Origin: Laetmonice hystrix
Taxonomy: Eukaryota
DNA length: 64,000 nt
Direction: 5' to 3'
Assembly (NCBI GenBank): GCA_965235115.1
Contig: OZ249436.1
Location: forward strand, 42,782,001-42,846,000
Within the stretch, counting starts at the first letter, position 1. The number at the start of each line of letters is the position of its first letter. The notes below the pieces were generated by a model. The model did no database searches and was not told the origin of the DNA. It saw only the letters and a program-made list of their open reading frames with translations. A program made the translations under genes and the position numbers. Shown here piece by piece: positions 21,604 to 33,600 of this stretch.

Positions 21604-24600
21604 ATGGCGGCTCGAAATGTTGACGGACAACACGGCTACGACGCCAGCTTCGTGGACGAGTTGGACCAGAAGTACATGTGTCCCGTGTGTTTACTGGCTC
21701 TCAAAGATCCAGTCCAGACAAAATGTGGACATCGGTTCTGCAAACTCTGCCTCAGACGGAGTTGTGGGTTTGTGTTATCCTATCATATAATCATAGACAT
21801 CAAGGCCTAGACTCCTATACACACTATTGGCTTCAAACATGCGCGGTTCCTGGGGGAAGAAATAGGCTTATAAGACATGGGCCAGAAATGGTTGTGTCCC
21901 CCTAGAACTTTTGCACATTGAAAAGCAATTGTGTGTTCCCTCATCAGTGGGTGAAAATTTTCTGTCCAAGGTAGATGCTGTCCATAAAGTCTGTATTGTG
22001 TTGAACAGAATCGCGCCTTTGTGCTAACGACAAAACTATTTTAAAAACTTTAGGTTTTCTCTTTTAATCCATAAAAGGCATTTTCCTCTCCAACAGAAGT
22101 ATGCGGTTCTCAAAATGTCCCGTGGACAACATCTGGCTGGACACAATAAAAGGGGTAAGTGTGCACACTCATCCAAGCATTCACCCATACCCCTATAGCG
22201 ATAACTTGCAGAACCAACGTAAAAAGGTTTTCAGACATCCCGGGGCGATAGACACCCTGGAAGGCCTTGGTACAGTCTTGTTACCATAGTTACATGACGG
22301 TTGTTGTTGCAGACGTTTGAGGATGTGGCCATGAAGAGAGAGGTGCTGTCCCTCGCCGTCAGGTGTGTTAACGTCAGCGATGGTTGCCAGTGGAGGGGAG
22401 AACTCCGGCATCAACGGGTACGTCAAAATATCACCGCACCCCTTCCAATCCTCCTGCTGCCGCTCATCCTGCTCCTCCTGCTCCTCCTCTTGCTCCTCCC
22501 ACTCCTGCTCCTGCTTTTCCTCCTTCCTGCTCCTCCTTCTACTGCTGCTCCTCCTCCTGCTCCTCCTCTTGCTCCTGCTGCTCCTGCTCCTCCACTTGCT
22601 GCTGCTCCTCCTGCTCCTGCTTCTCCTCCTTCCTGCTCCTGCTCCTCCTCTTGCTCCTGCGCCTGCCCTCTGCTCCTGCTGCTGCTCCTCCTGCTTCTGC
22701 TCCTCCTCCTGCTCCTGCTCCTCCGCCTCGTTGTTGTTGTTGTTGTTGCTGTTCTTCTTCTTCCTTTAGTGTACCCTATTTTTTGTCACCGTTCCCTTGT
22801 TGATGTTCTTCTTGTTTTCTTCTTCTTGTTTTTTGTTGGTTCTTTTTCTTGTTTTTCTTCTTCAGAAATCATGCAAATAATTCAGAACACAAAATTACAT
22901 GTTTAAACCCCCTGGAAATATACGGTGGCAGAAATGTATGTGGTAAGTCTCATATCCCCGGACACAGGTCGCCACGGTCCTATACTAGTGACTGTCCAGT
23001 TCTGATGTTGCAGGAGCACAGTTCACAGTGTCCTGAGACGACCCTGCCGTGTATTAACGACTGTGGTGTGTCCTGCAGACGACGGGACCTCGACCACCAT
23101 CTTGTCACATGTCCTCAGCGGGTTGAGGACTGCCCTCACTGTCACAGTCAGGTGGTCGTCGCCCAGATGATCGTAAGTAGGGAATACGTCTAAAAGTCTA
23201 TAATAAATCTGAGGTGATACTTCACAGATGATGTTCTCCCGTACATTCTTAAAGTGAGGCTGTCGTCTGTTAGAACATGCTCCCAGCCACCTAGTGTCGT
23301 ATTTGATAACTATGGCCGTCCTTTGCGCCAGGATACCTCAATCACCATTAGGCGGACCCTCTTTTTATCTCCGTTTTGGGACAGATGACAAGAACGATAG
23401 TGTTTGTTGTTGTTGCTGCTGCTGGTGGTGTCCTTGTAATCTTTATATTTCATATAGAAGCATCAGCTGCTGACCTGCCCCCGGTTCCCAGTGAAGTGTA
23501 ACATATGTCATGCTCTCAGCGTCCGGTCAGAAATCCCACGTCATACTGACCAAGTGATCGGCGACTGCCCTCTCGTCATTGTGAAGTGTTCTTTCCACCA
23601 GCTCGGCTGTCATTACCAGGTATACTTCAACGCCCAGCAAAATTCAGATATTGCGTAAACTAAAAGAACATGATCACCTTGACCTAGCTGAAATAACCAT
23701 GACCTGAAATGACCTTGACCTGATCTAAATGTTTTAGGACAAGCGGAAGAATATGGCCGACCACTACCGGACGAGTTGCCCCCGTCACATGGAGCTGATG
23801 ACCGCCCGAATCGTACAGCACACGGATCTTTTACAAAAACAGGACACTCAACTAAAACGGCTCTTCCAAACCTGCTCCCACCTCACCGAACTCTCCGCAC
23901 GACAACACAGGTACACATTGATCTCTTCACAATGACCTACAGGGCAGGATTCTTTTTCTCTCCCAATCTGCTTATTTGGCCTGCTTGCATGGTCATCAAA
24001 ACAGGCCTATAGATTCTAGAAGAACACGGAGTGGTCCTCCTGTCTCACGTGTCCTCCCTGCACGATCTCGAGTATTCAGGAAGTGGTGGTCGATCGTGCG
24101 AGTTTAACTGATTTCCTTCTGCCCGTTTGTTTACAGACTTCTAGAAGAACACGGAGTGGTCCTCCTGTCTCACGCGTCCTCCCTGCACGACCTCGAGTAT
24201 TCCGGAAGTGGTGGTCGATCGAGCGAGTTTAACTGATTTCCTTCTGCCCGTTTGTTTACAGACTTCTAGAAGAGCACGGAGTGGTCCTCCTGTCTCACGC
24301 CTCCTCGCTGCACGACCTCGAGTATTCCGGAAGTGGTGGCAGTTTCCTGTGGAAGATAAACCTACCGGACGAGAACACATGTCACATCCGCAGTCCAGCG
24401 TTCTACACTGGTCGCCCTGGTTACCGCCTCAGTCTGACATTGGAGCTCGCTGGATACCGTGACTACAATCAGGTGGGCACAAACTGGTCCCAAAATGGTA
24501 GGCTCTACACATGTAGGGCAAGGCTCTACACATGTAGGGCAAGGCAGGCCTGACTCACCCGGTGCAATCTTCTAGGTAGAAATTCACTATTTGATGAATC

Positions 24601-25198
24601 ATGTTTCATCCGGGAATTTCTACATTTCAAGTCAATTAATTTCGGTCAAGGACGCTGTTAAGACAATCGCATTGGTGGGTTCAGCTCTTTCGGACCACTG
24701 ATTATAATGTCATATGACATATAGGCCTATAGTTCATGACTGTCATAGGGTTTAGATCGAGGATAGCCTATAGTTTTGAGCCCACTAGGGCCTACATTGT
24801 ATTGATTTATTAGCAGTACTTAATTGGTGTCGAATCTTTGCTTAATAGATTTCAAACTTTTCAACCATGACCAGATCTACGCCTCCATCTTTGTGAACCT
24901 TGAGAAGGGCATGTACGACAACCAGCTCAAGTTTCCCTTCGAGGGTTTGTGTCACGTGACGCTATTTGACCAGCAGGTGCCCGCTAGGGGTCGCGACAGT
25001 CGGGAGAACTTCACGACGCACGTCGTTTGTAGTCACGTGCCGCGGTGTTTGACTGATGACGTCAGTCAGAGTCAGCAGAGAGGTCGTCTCAAGTTTATGC
25101 CAACCACGGAACTCCTCGGCGGTCGATTTGTTCACCAGGGGGCGCTGTTGTTGCAAGTCGACACCAGTAACGTTCTTGTTCCCGAATCAGGCCTCTGA
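21604..25198 (+). CDS. TRAF6: TNF receptor-associated factor, TRAF6-like (RING, TRAF zinc fingers, coiled coil, MATH)
   Basis: Exons 21604-21767, 22097-22154, 22313-22417, 23014-23172, 23458-23619, 23738-23910, 24262-24472, 24875-25198, all phase-consistent. GYDASFVDELDQKYMCPVCLLALKDPVQTKCGHRFCKLC and SPAFYTGRPGYRL resemble TRAF6. Orthology versus a lineage-specific paralogue is unresolved. Confidence 0.8.
22450..22862. repeat. Degenerate (CTC/CTG/TTG)n microsatellite in TRAF intron
   Basis: Low-complexity trinucleotide tract; produces spurious poly-Leu/Ser/Pro ORFs. Confidence 0.9.
24013..24339 (+). repeat. 125-bp tandem repeat (~2.7 copies) spanning the TRAF MATH-exon acceptor
   Basis: ttaactgatttccttctgcccgtttgtttacag|acttctagaaga... 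with AG at 24135-24136 and 24260-24261; only the last is in frame. Confidence 0.92.
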
Positions 25199-26703
25199 TC
25201 ACGTTGTTGTCACCCAGTCGAGGCCATGGTTATTCCAGGACGATGTCGGATCGGGGCAGAGATCATGTAACATCTGTGTAAAGGAATCTTGTCCCATAAT
25301 GAAATGTAAAAATGTAACATATTTGTCCCCAAACAACGAGTCATTGACGTCATAGAGTGGTTTTTTTTATTGAACTCTCGTGAACACTGTGTATCAAGAT
25401 ATGTGGGCCTATAGGGCCATAAGTTTGGTTCAAGGCCATGTAAGACCCTGGAAGTCGCAAATCATTATTGGCAGCTGCGCTGCATGTGAGTCGACATAGA
25501 GTCTATCCTTCACCACTACCACTATAGGCCTATCAAGGTAACTGTTGATATGGTAGGACTACATGTTTTAGACCTTTGCCGTTTGCAATGAGAGATGAGC
25601 TCAAGGGCCAGCTTCCAGCCTTGTACTAAACTTGTATTCTCAGACTGATGCCAAATATGCGATATTCTTTGTATTATCCTCATTCACGGGAAAAGGGTGT
25701 GGTTGAAAAACGTCATTGACTACATTAGAGTGATCTCTACTAAGTCTAGTCCTTGGGCCTGAAGATCTCTTTCACTTTTTAACTATGTTTTAGTAAGAGT
25801 CTGTATATTACAATGATCTGACTCTATTTTTTTATTGCAATAGGCCTAGTGTCGGCCTATTAAACCTGTCGATGTGCCAACCGTTTATAACATTCACTTA
25901 TATCTTGAAGAAAGTTTATTCTTCCTGGTCACGACATCATTTTTTACAGACGTTTATAAATATTACCCTAATTTAAATCTAGAATATTGCATTTTTTAAA
26001 ATATCCCATTTATGTTCTTAGTCTTTTAAGTGATCTTAGATGTGTCCTTTCCTGACATTTTATGATGAAGGGTCCGGTAATAAAATTAGGTCTTTATACT
26101 GATACAATGTCTCTGTCAGTATTTAAAAACTCTGCCCTCATTCATAATCAAGATAATAGATCTACGTGTTATTAATCTGTTGATAGATCTATTGTATAGG
26201 GCCTAGGCCTAATTAGAACTAACAGTCATGTCCATAAAATGGCTCATTTTATTCATAGGCCTAACCATCAACCTGGCCTTAAAAAAGTCATAAGCTCGGA
26301 ATCAGAGTCTTCCAAATCTGGGGAAAAATTGATGAATTTTCCCCAGGCTTTACTTTAACGGGAAGTTTCTGTACAGTAGACGCTGGTCCAGAAGAGTTGT
26401 TAAGGGGGAGCGTGCTTTTCAAAGGCTAATGGCTCTAGGGGATGGGCATATGTCTGTAGGCCTAGGCCAATGCCAAGGCCATAGGCCTAGGAGTAGCCTA
26501 ATTGGCCTTTTATCCCTAGATTGAGGTAACCGGTAAACGCTAATTTCCAGGGGGGGCTTTGACATTTAAAGACCGCTACGAAAAGGGAGGTCCTCCCTCG
26601 CCCCTGTTCATGGGTGGAATAAAAACCGGCGTTTTCACATTGAAAAAAATTGCATAAATTCCGTTTGTTTCAAACGCTTCACAATCACACCACTACACGG
26701 CGC

Positions 26704-26759
26704 TGCGATCGCATTGCGCCCTCTGTTGACGCGCTGTGGTTAGCGTCCACCTGGCGCCA
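26704..26759 (-). promoter_or_regulatory. Inverted copy of composite CTCF-like/TGCGATCGCA module, upstream of SLC38A10
   Basis: Reverse complement reads TGGCGCC..CGCTA..GCGC.TCAACAGAGGGCGC.AA.TGCGATCGCA. Confidence 0.5.
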
Positions 26760-27679
26760 AACTTAGGAACTAGAGAAAGCCACGTATCAAAACAGAAGTC
26801 AACAAACCTCAACAACGGAGAGAATTGGGCTTTGTCTCGGCCCAAACGTATTAGGGCCTACCTGAGTCCGAAAGTGTCAATAACATAGAACCCTGAACCT
26901 CCAAAGGTAGTACATTACCGTTGTCTTTTGTTTATTTCATCGTAGGGACCTTGTAATACTAGTGGCCACTCTGGTCGTGGGCGATAATACGGGCGTGTGT
27001 CAATCCTGAAATAGTAGAATCTGCTTCTAAAAATCTTCAGTGTAACTCGAACTGTTTGACGGGACATCTAATGCGAGGATCTGTGATCAAATTACAATTC
27101 TGGGGAATTTGATAATTGGCTTTCCCTAAAATTGCTCCCCCTTTGGTTTCGTCCCTTGCCAAGACAAGTCAAGTGCCTTGCCAAGCTGGCCTTGCCACTT
27201 CAATTTTTATTCAAGTTTACATAGTTATATATTTAGCTGGCAACGGCTAAATCAGATGATCTGAGTTTGACTAATTACTGAATTCAAACAAATTGCTTGG
27301 GTTAGGGTTACTCTAACTTAGGGTCAGATCTATGTTAATTGGAGTCGGCTATTTAGCCGTAGAGCATTATCCAATAGGATTGAAGCTTAATGGTCACATG
27401 ACTCCGTCATTTGCCAGCTAAATATACACTGCCAAAAGTTTAACCAAGTCTTAGAAATGGTTTAGTGACATTTAAACTACGTAAACCGTTGCAACTTGTC
27501 AAAATTTGTGGAGAAGTTTTCCATATATTCAGAATATTGATTTTCATAAGTTTATCACAATTTACACTGGTTATTTTCTTCAGTTAAAATCTTGATTGTT
27601 TGTTGAGGCCTACCAGGTTATTGTGATTTGACAGTTTCTTTATAAAGTTGAGTTTTCTTTTTTAGGTGAAGTTGACAAG

Positions 27680-30600
27680 ATGACAAAGCAAGTGGATTGG
27701 CCGTATGTCATTAATCTTGGTAACAGTATCATTGGTGTCAGTGTGCTGGCCATGCCCTTCTGTTTCAAAGAAGTAAGTACAGTACTGAGTGAGAGTTAGG
27801 ATCTTGGCTGGTACATACCTTGTGTGTCTTGTTATCTGTAAGTAAGTACAGTACTGAGTGAGAGTTAGGATCTTGGCTGGTACATACCTTGTGTGTCTTG
27901 TTATCTGTAAGTAAGTACAGTACTGAGTGAGAGTTAGGATCTTGGCTGGTACATACCTTGTGTGTCTTGTTATCTGTAAGTAAGTACAGTACTGAGTGAG
28001 AGTTAGGATCTTGGCTGGTACATACCTTGTGTGTCTTGTTATCTGTAAGTAAGTACAGTACTGAGTGAGAGTTAGGATCTTGGCTGGTACATACCTTGTG
28101 TGTCTTGTTATCTGTAAGTAAGTACAGTACTGAGTGAGAGTTAGGATCTTGGCTGGTACATACCTTGTGTGTCTTGTTATCTGTAAGTAAGTACAGTACT
28201 GAGTGAGAGTTAGGATCTTGGCTGGTACATACCTTGTGTGTCTTGTTATCTGTGACACACTAAATTTTCAGGACAAGAATGTCAGAATGTTTCAGTCAAA
28301 AGAGTCACATAGCTTTTATGGATTCACCGTGAGTGTGTGGATTCACAGTGAGTGTGGATTCACAGTCAGTGTGTGGATTCACTGTGGATTCACAGTGTAT
28401 GTGTGTGGATTCACAGTGAATGTATAGATTCATAGTGTATGGAGTCACAGTGAGTAGGGATTCACAATGAGTGTATGGATTCACAGTGAGTATGGATTCA
28501 CAGTGAGTGTATGGATTCACAGTGAGTGTATGAATTCACAGTGAGTGTATGGATTCACAGCAATTGTATTAATTCACAGTGAGTGTATTGATTGACTTGG
28601 AGTGCATGAATTCACAGTGACTGGATTCACAGTGATTATATAGATTCACAGTGAGTGTATGAATTCACAGTGAGTGTATGAATTCACAGTGAGTGTATGA
28701 ATTCACAGTGAGTGTATGGATACTTTCCCTTCCCTCAGTGTGGTGTCCTGCTTGGAATGGTCCTATTGTTGGGATGTGCCTGGCTGGCCGGCGTTTCCTG
28801 CTCTCTTCTGATGAAAGCGGCAATCACATCCAAGAAACGGTCATATGAATTCCTTGGTGAGTTGCTATATAGTGGCCAGTTATAGTCTATAAAGTTTTCT
28901 AGGTGGGGGGGGGGGGGAGGGTTGCAAATAATTCGGAACTCCTCACTAAGATAATGGATTATCAATATAAAGCTAAAAGTCTAAAACCACAAGTTTTGTC
29001 ATTTTATAACATCATCAATAATTTGGTTACCAGTATCATTATGTAGAGATTTGAGACTAATTTACAATGTTTTCATTCACAGCATTACATGTGTTTGGAA
29101 GAGCTGGGAAGTTAGTAGTGGAACTCAGGTCAGTTTCTGATATTATTCACAAAGGCAGAATTCAGGGACCTGCTTTCTTGAATCTCATCAGGACGGCTAA
29201 ATTACGAACCTTAGATCTCTAACATTTTTCTGTGAGAATAGAAAGGTCAGAGTTTGAGGCTGCACAGCCAAACATGACAAATCTTCAAATAAAAACAGAA
29301 TCCTCAGGAGTCTGGATTCTATACATGTAGTCAAAAGATGTCCAGTTTTCCTGATATGTTACATAATGAATTGTCTGATTTCCTTTAAAATTTCAGTATT
29401 ATTGGATTACTGTTAGGGACCTGTGTAGCTTTCCATGTTGTCATTGGAGACCTGGGTCCTGCCATTTTATCGAAAATGCTGAATATAGAGGTATGTATGC
29501 TTTTCTTTTTTTCTTTCACACTTGGAGTTCTTCTCAAGACTTCATTGTGACGTAATTAAGAAGTACAATCATTTATGTACAGTCGATCTGTAATATCATG
29601 TTTTTTTTACCAGAAAATGTGTTTTTTGTGTCTTGTATTTCCTAGATCGTTTTCTTTGCATTATCAGCTTGAATTGAAGTCTTTGAATCTCAGTACTCCT
29701 TCTAGACATCATTGTGAAAGAATGAGTCTGAGTTCATTGAATTAGATGGCTGAACAGAATTATCTGAGCTCATTTTCAGTCACTCATAATGCCTCCCATT
29801 TTCACTGTCCATCCACATTTGTTGCTTCAGAATACTCCCAATCTGAGAATGGGTTTCATGGTGACCATTGGTCTGCTGGTAGCGCTACCTCTGGGTCTGC
29901 TGAGAAACATTGAGAGTCTGAGCAACATCAGTGCCATCTCGCTTGGTTTCTACTGTGTCTTTGTGGCTGAGGTAGGTGTCTGTGTGGTCAGAAACCTTGT
30001 CCTCGTCAGTAAACCAGGCACGGAATGCAACAATGCTACTGTGTCTTCGTGGCTGAGGTAGGTGTCTGTGTGGTCAGAGACCTTGTCCTCGTCAGTAAAC
30101 CAGGCACGGAATGCTACTGTGTCTTCGTGGCTGAGGTAGGTGTCTGTGTGGTCAGAAACCTTGTCCTCGTCAGTAAACCAGGCACGGAATGCTACAATGC
30201 TACTGTGTCTTCATGGCTGAGGTAGGTGTCTGTGTGGTCAGAAACCTTGTCCTCGTCAGTAAACCAGGCACAGAATGGTACAATGCTACTGTGTCTTTGT
30301 GGCTGAGGTAGGTGTCTGTGTGGTCAGAAACCTTTTCTGTGTCAGTAAACCAGGCACGGAATGCTACAATAGGTTCGTGGCTGAGGTAGGTGTCTGTGTG
30401 GTCAGAGACCTTGTCCTTGTCAGTAAACCAGGCACAGAATGCTACTGTGTCTTCGTGGCTGAGGTAGGTGTCTGTGTGGTCAGAGACCTTGTCCTTGTCA
30501 GTAAACCAGGCACGGAATGCTACAATGCTACTGTGTCTTCGTGGCTGAGGTAGGTGTCTGTGTGGTCAGAAACCTTGTCCTCGTCAGTAAACCAGGCACG

Positions 30601-33600
30601 GAATGCTACAATGCTACTGTGTCTTCGTGGCTGAGGTAGGTGTCTGTGTGGTCAGAAACCTTGTCCTCGTCAGTAAACCAGGCACGGAATGCTACAATGC
30701 TACTGTGTCTTCGTGGCTGAGGTAGGTGTCTGTGTGGTCAGAGAACCTTGTCCTCGTCATTAAACCAGGCACGGAATGCTGTAATTTTGGTTTAACTGCC
30801 TGACCTAAAAAGGTGTTATCACTTATTAGTCTGTTTCAAGCAAGTAAATTTCTTGAAAAGGAAGCGACCAAGAGGGTGGCCGGTGTTTTTAGATAGTAAG
30901 CTCAAGCATTGTTATCATAAACTGGCATCATTACAATGAGTACATACTCTGATTGATGATTTGAACACTGATGTTAAACTTCCGTTGTTGAACAGGTTTT
31001 TTCTGCTGCCTTTCCCAACCTTTGGTCAGGAGTTTGGGTGACTAAAGTTGTTCTCTGGAACCCAGAAGGAGTGTTTAAGTGTTTACCAATATTCTCTCTG
31101 GCGTTTGGCTGTCAGACGTGAGTAACTCCTTAATTCTTGTCTGTCCTAATCTACTGCCACGGTTTGAAGGTATTGGTGCATAGTGTACCAACTTAATATT
31201 TCATGAGCCATAATATATTTTAACATAGTAGCTCGCAATGAAACATATGCACTAAGCCACTAACTCTTTTACCGCTTAAATCAATCTTTCCCAAATAAAC
31301 AGAATCGACCGGAATTTAGTAAATATAAAACCTGCCTGAAATTTATCTCTTCAGCCAGCTGTTTGTGATGTACGATGCCCTACCAGAACCATCTCTCAGT
31401 CGTATGAATCTCATCACCAAGAATGCAGTCAGCCTGTGCACAGCTGTTTACCTTTGTGTATGTATTGGGGTGACTCGGGATGGTTGGGCAGTCGGCCTGT
31501 GCACAGGTGTTTACCTTTGTGTATGTATTGGGGTGACTCGGGATGGTTGGGCAGTCAGTCTCTGCACAGCTGTTTACCTTTGTGTATGTATTGGGGTGAC
31601 TCAGGATGGTTGGGCAGTCAGACTGTGCACAGCTGTTTACCTTTGTGTATGTATTGGGGTGACTCAGGATGGTTGGGCAGTCAGACTGGTCACAGCTGTT
31701 TACCTTTGTGTATGTATTGGGGTGACTCAGGATGGTTGGGCAGTCAGACTCTAGTTTAACCGTATATATATTTGACAGGGTGATACCCGTGATAAGAACG
31801 CAATTTCATGGTGATGTTATTGTAGGAGATCTCCCCAGATACAGAGATTTATAGAAGAAGTCTTCAGTGCAAGAACTTTACCAAGAATTGAAGATCTATG
31901 CAAGCTCCTGTTTAAATAACATATGAACCCTTGTTTCTGTAGGTGGGATACTTTGGTTATGTGGCGTTTTGTGATGAAGAAATCTCAGGGGACATCCTGA
32001 TGAACTTCCGCCCAACAATATTCTCTGAAGCTGTCAAACTTGGATTTGTCATGTCAGTCGCTGTCAGTTTCCCATTGGTGATCTTCCCGTGTCGAACGAG
32101 CATCCACACACTGATCTCTGCCAGGGTAAGCAACGATATCGTGGAGAGTAGTTCTTGCCAAGTTCAGTACATTGGAGATGATAACTTATACACGATCTGG
32201 GATTTCTAACATTGCTTGTTCATGCCTTGTTGTAAACCTTACAGTTTAAATCACTAGAAGTACTCACTGTCTTCAGTATTTGAAGTCGTCAGTGTACACG
32301 TTAATACTGTAGTTTGAAGCATTTTCATACATTTTCTCTTCAACGTCCTTTTTCTTGTTCATAGACTTTTTTAAAATTTCGTTTCCACCTTAGTACTTAG
32401 TCATTGTACAGAATCTCCAGCCGAAAGGGATAAATTCAGACAACTGGTATTTGCACAAAAATGTGTTAAAATGAAACCACTGCAAAAGACAAAACAAAAC
32501 AAACTACAGTGTATACAGTGTACAGTGGCATAGATTGCACTTAATGGCGCACAGATGTAATCATTTGATGCATGCCGAGACTGGAAGCTTAAATATAAAA
32601 CATATACATTGTACCATGCATGGTGTCATAGACATAATACAGTACTGGGTTAACACTGGAAGCTTGAATATAAAACATATACCATGCATGGTGTCATAGA
32701 CATAATACAGTACTGGGTTAACACTGGAAGCTTGAATATAAAACATATACCATGCATGGTGTCATAGACATAATTCAGTACTGGGTTAACACTGGAAACT
32801 TGAATATAAAACATATAACATGCATGGTGTCATAGACATAATACAGTACTGGGTTAACAGTGGAAGCTTGAATATAAAACATATACCATGCATGGTGTCA
32901 TAGACATAATACAGTACTGGGTTAACACTGGAAACTTGAATATAAAACATATAACATGCATGGTGTCATAGACATAATACAGTACTGGGTTAACACTGGA
33001 AACTTGAACATAAAACATATACCATGCATGGTGTCATAGACATAATACAGTACTGTGTTAACAGTGGAAGCTTGAACATAAAACATATAGCATGCATGGT
33101 GTCATAGACATAATACAGTACTGGGTTAACAGTGGAAGCTTGAATATAAAACACATACCATGCATGGTGTCATAGACATAATACAGTACTGGGCTAACAG
33201 TGGAAGCTTCAATATAAAACATATACCATGCATGGTGTCATAGACATAATACAGTACTGGGTTAACAGTGGAAGCTTGAATATAAAACATATACCATGCA
33301 TGGTGTCATAGACATAATACAGTACTGGGTTAACACTGGAAGCTTGAATATAAAACATATACCATGCATGGTGTCATAGATACAGTACTGGGTTAACAGT
33401 GGAAGCTTGACTATAAAACATATACCATGCCTGGTGTCATAGACATAATACAGTACTAGGTTAACAGTGGAAGCTTGAATATAAAACATATACCATGCAT
33501 GGTGTCATAGACATAATTCACTACTGGGTTAACACTGGAAGCTTAAATATAAAACATATACCATGCATGGTGTCATAGACATAATTCAGTACTGGGTTAA

